Assembly: GCA_030704615.1 (NCBI GenBank)
Contig: CM060733.1
Coordinates: forward strand, 74,462,001 to 74,526,000
Direction: 5' to 3'
DNA from: Takakia lepidozioides
Taxonomy: Eukaryota; Plantae; Bryophyta
DNA length: 64,000 nucleotides
Shown: one piece after another, positions 61,810-64,000 of the stretch
Position numbering within the stretch: the first letter of the stretch is position 1
Layout: each line of letters opens with the position of its first letter
Program-made: the position numbers and the translations under genes
Notes under the pieces: model-generated
Seen by the model: only the letters and a program-made list of their open reading frames with translations
What the model was told of the DNA's origin: nothing
Databases searched by the model: none

Positions 61810-64000
61810 TGTCGAGGGAGCGAGATACACTTGCTCGATTCCATTCCAATGCAGGTACTCTTCCACTGACTGCCACTGCAGACGACGATGGGTTTGCAGT
61901 TGTTCATGAGGATGAGCTGGTTACAGTGTTCCCGCTGAAGTTGGGTTCTCTCCTTGTTCAAAAAGAGGTGTATGACGAGGATGGGAATTTGGATTCTGGG
62001 CACTTGGAAAACCATTGGTTGGCAAGTGTGGAAGGAAGTGGAGAGTCCTTCCAGGCACATACCGTGTCCTTGGAAAAGAGAGAAGACAATCAGCAGGATC
62101 GGTCGTTACCCCTGGCACTGCAGCATCAGTCGTGCAACAGAAGGGCACAGTTCCTGTGAAACAAGAGGTGAGCACATCCACTACCTTCGTGACTCTTTCA
62201 GACTCGTCCTCGGAGGATGTTTCTGAGATTCCTCCGCCAGTGCAGACTCCGTCATTGGATGATGACGAATTGCAAGAGATAACGAGTGTCATTCCAAAAT
62301 TGAAAGCCCTCGCAGGTGTGCCTGGGTGCAAGAGCGAGCTGCGTTTTGTTGACTGGGAGTCCCTTCCTGTGCAACGGGTTCAATACGTGCCAGCACAGTT
62401 TGATGGGGACATCCTGTTTGAGCTCAACCCTCCCACCTCTTCCACTGGACTGGCTGGGCTTTTACAGGGCATGGACAAGAAACATGACGGACATCTTTGG
62501 TGCAGGACAAAAACGTCGAACATCCATAACGACATTGGCTTGAAATTTCGGAGGTCAGTCTGCGTTGGGCATTGTAAGTGCCAGAATATTTCTTGCCCTC
62601 GCCTGAGAAACAGTGCTCAACCAAACGAAAGTGAGTGGGAAGGTGTGCCCCTGAATCCTTTCACCCCAGGGCTTGCCCCTCCCAGGACCAATACTTTCGT
62701 GTGCAGGTTCTGCAAACTTTCCCCGTCCTGTGTTTCTGTGTGCCACGCTCGTATGTATCAGGTGGCACACCGATGCAAGACAATGACTCGTGCCTGCATT
62801 CATATGGGTGCACACGAGCATCCTGTGTCCAAAGGAAGTTGCAGGGATAGCGTGGACATCGCTAGAAATCTGCTGAAGCAGGAGTTTCACAATGCCCCTT
62901 GTGCAACACCTTCTGCTATAGCGCTTGCAGCTAGCAAGGCATTCCTGGAGAAACACATACTGGGTGAAGGGGATGCGACAGAACTTATGCTGGATGCAGA
63001 TTCGCTTAATGCAGTATGGACCATTTTTCCGTGTTTGAGCTCTCCCAATATTCGAAACCAGGTGAATGCACTCAGAATGGGCACAGGCACTGCTGGATTC
63101 ATGGACAACATTATGGACCTGAAACGGAGGAGTCGCTATGAATTCATTCAAAACAGTATCTTCCCTGGCCAGGGCTCGTCCAAGGTGTATTTGTTCAAGA
63201 TGTCCGCTGTGGGCGAAGGCAGTGGTGTGAGCATTGTCCGCCGTATGCAACCAGGAGGAGATTTGGCTAAATGTTGGTTAATGTTTGATCACTGCAAACG
63301 GGTGAAGGGTTGGACAACCATGGCGTGCCATGTGTATGATCCGGCGTACCAGCGTGTGCTCTCCATAGCAATTTGTGATATGCAGTCGGAGGACACTGAA
63401 TCCCAAATGCTCATGTGGAATTCGCTCTTGGCCGTCATGCAGCGCAATGGAATACAAAACACAAATTTTGCGGGCTTCATGGCTGATAGTGCACAGGCAA
63501 ATTTCAATGCAGTGCGACGCGTGTTTGGTTCGGGGGATCCTAAGGTCCCAATGGAAAATAGGGAGCGCACATGCCTCTTCCATTGGACTCAATCTCTGGC
63601 ACGTCATACAAAGCGCTGCATTCGCCCTGACCTGCAGTTGGAGCACAGAAGGCTCTGTCTCAAGTACAAGAATGCCACCTCAATGGGAGAAGCTGAGAGC
63701 ACTTACCAGGCAATCCGGGCTTGGTGGTTCTCCTTGGTGCTGCAACAGGTACCCACGTAAAGGAGTTGGAGGACTGGTTGGTTTTCTGGCACTTCAGGTA
63801 CAGACAGTGGGGAGCTTTCATGACGACGGTAAGCCTCTTCAATCCCAAAAACAGAAATTTTGCATCGTGCCTGTTCATTTGGGGTTCTTCGATTGTCACT
63901 TGAAGAACCTCTACCATTTGTTTTCGTTCCTGACATATCCATGTAATGCCTCCTGCAGGACATGTCCTTGGAGGACTTGGCCGACATGCCATCCTGTAAT
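61810..64000 (+). CDS. MULE/Mutator-family DDE transposase (frameshifts near 62075 and 63735; intron ~63829-63958; runs off the window)
   Basis: N-terminal Cys/His zinc domain (C..C...HEH); WLMFDHCKRVKGWTTM, FMADSAQANFNAV, and RTCLFHW (MULE CxxH motif). Confidence 0.85.

Larger units (their letters stand above)
49201..64000 (+). mobile_element. Large MULE M2: TIR, methyltransferase-like gene (minus), palindrome array, transposase (plus); right end outside the window
   Basis: The terminus GGGGGTGCTATTCCGTGAGC resembles the M1 TIR; subterminal GTGAGCC and CCTATTTCCG repeats; MULE transposase at the right. Confidence 0.75.

Noticed and set aside
62555-63250. 231 aa minus-strand ORF
   Set aside because: Antisense to the transposase; no recognisable motifs.

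Overview
The window is entirely a nest of eukaryotic transposable elements, with spliceosomal introns and plant-type primer-binding sites. The host is probably a non-seed land plant or streptophyte (inference); no ordinary host gene is visible. The outermost layer is a Mutator-like DNA transposon (MULE, M0), seen only through a spliced accessory gene at 42274-45293(-). A Ty3/gypsy element D' (minus, 2684-42257) sits inside M0. D' in turn holds chromovirus-family LTR fragments with an inversion (1-2683), a Ty3/gypsy element C (6365-27256, minus) and a complete D copy (28756-41767, TSD CTCTC). C holds a non-autonomous MULE (M1a, 8251-13967, 8-9 bp TSD) and a chromovirus B (19340-26263). On the right, a second M1 copy (from 45295) was hit by a related MULE, M2 (49201 to beyond the window end). 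Two DNA-methyltransferase-carrying systems stand out. (1) The MULEs carry a multi-exon gene encoding a ParB/Srx-like N-terminal domain (WDGNHR) fused to a beta-class N4C/N6A amino-methyltransferase-like domain. It is divergent from a transposase and separated from it by a family-specific tandem array of palindromes (about 55 x ~114 bp in M2). (2) Gypsy element C has a DNMT3-like C5-cytosine methyltransferase between protease and RT, plus a PHD finger at the integrase C-terminus. Many single-base frameshifts may be decay or consensus error. All domain calls come from motif recognition by eye, not from database searches.
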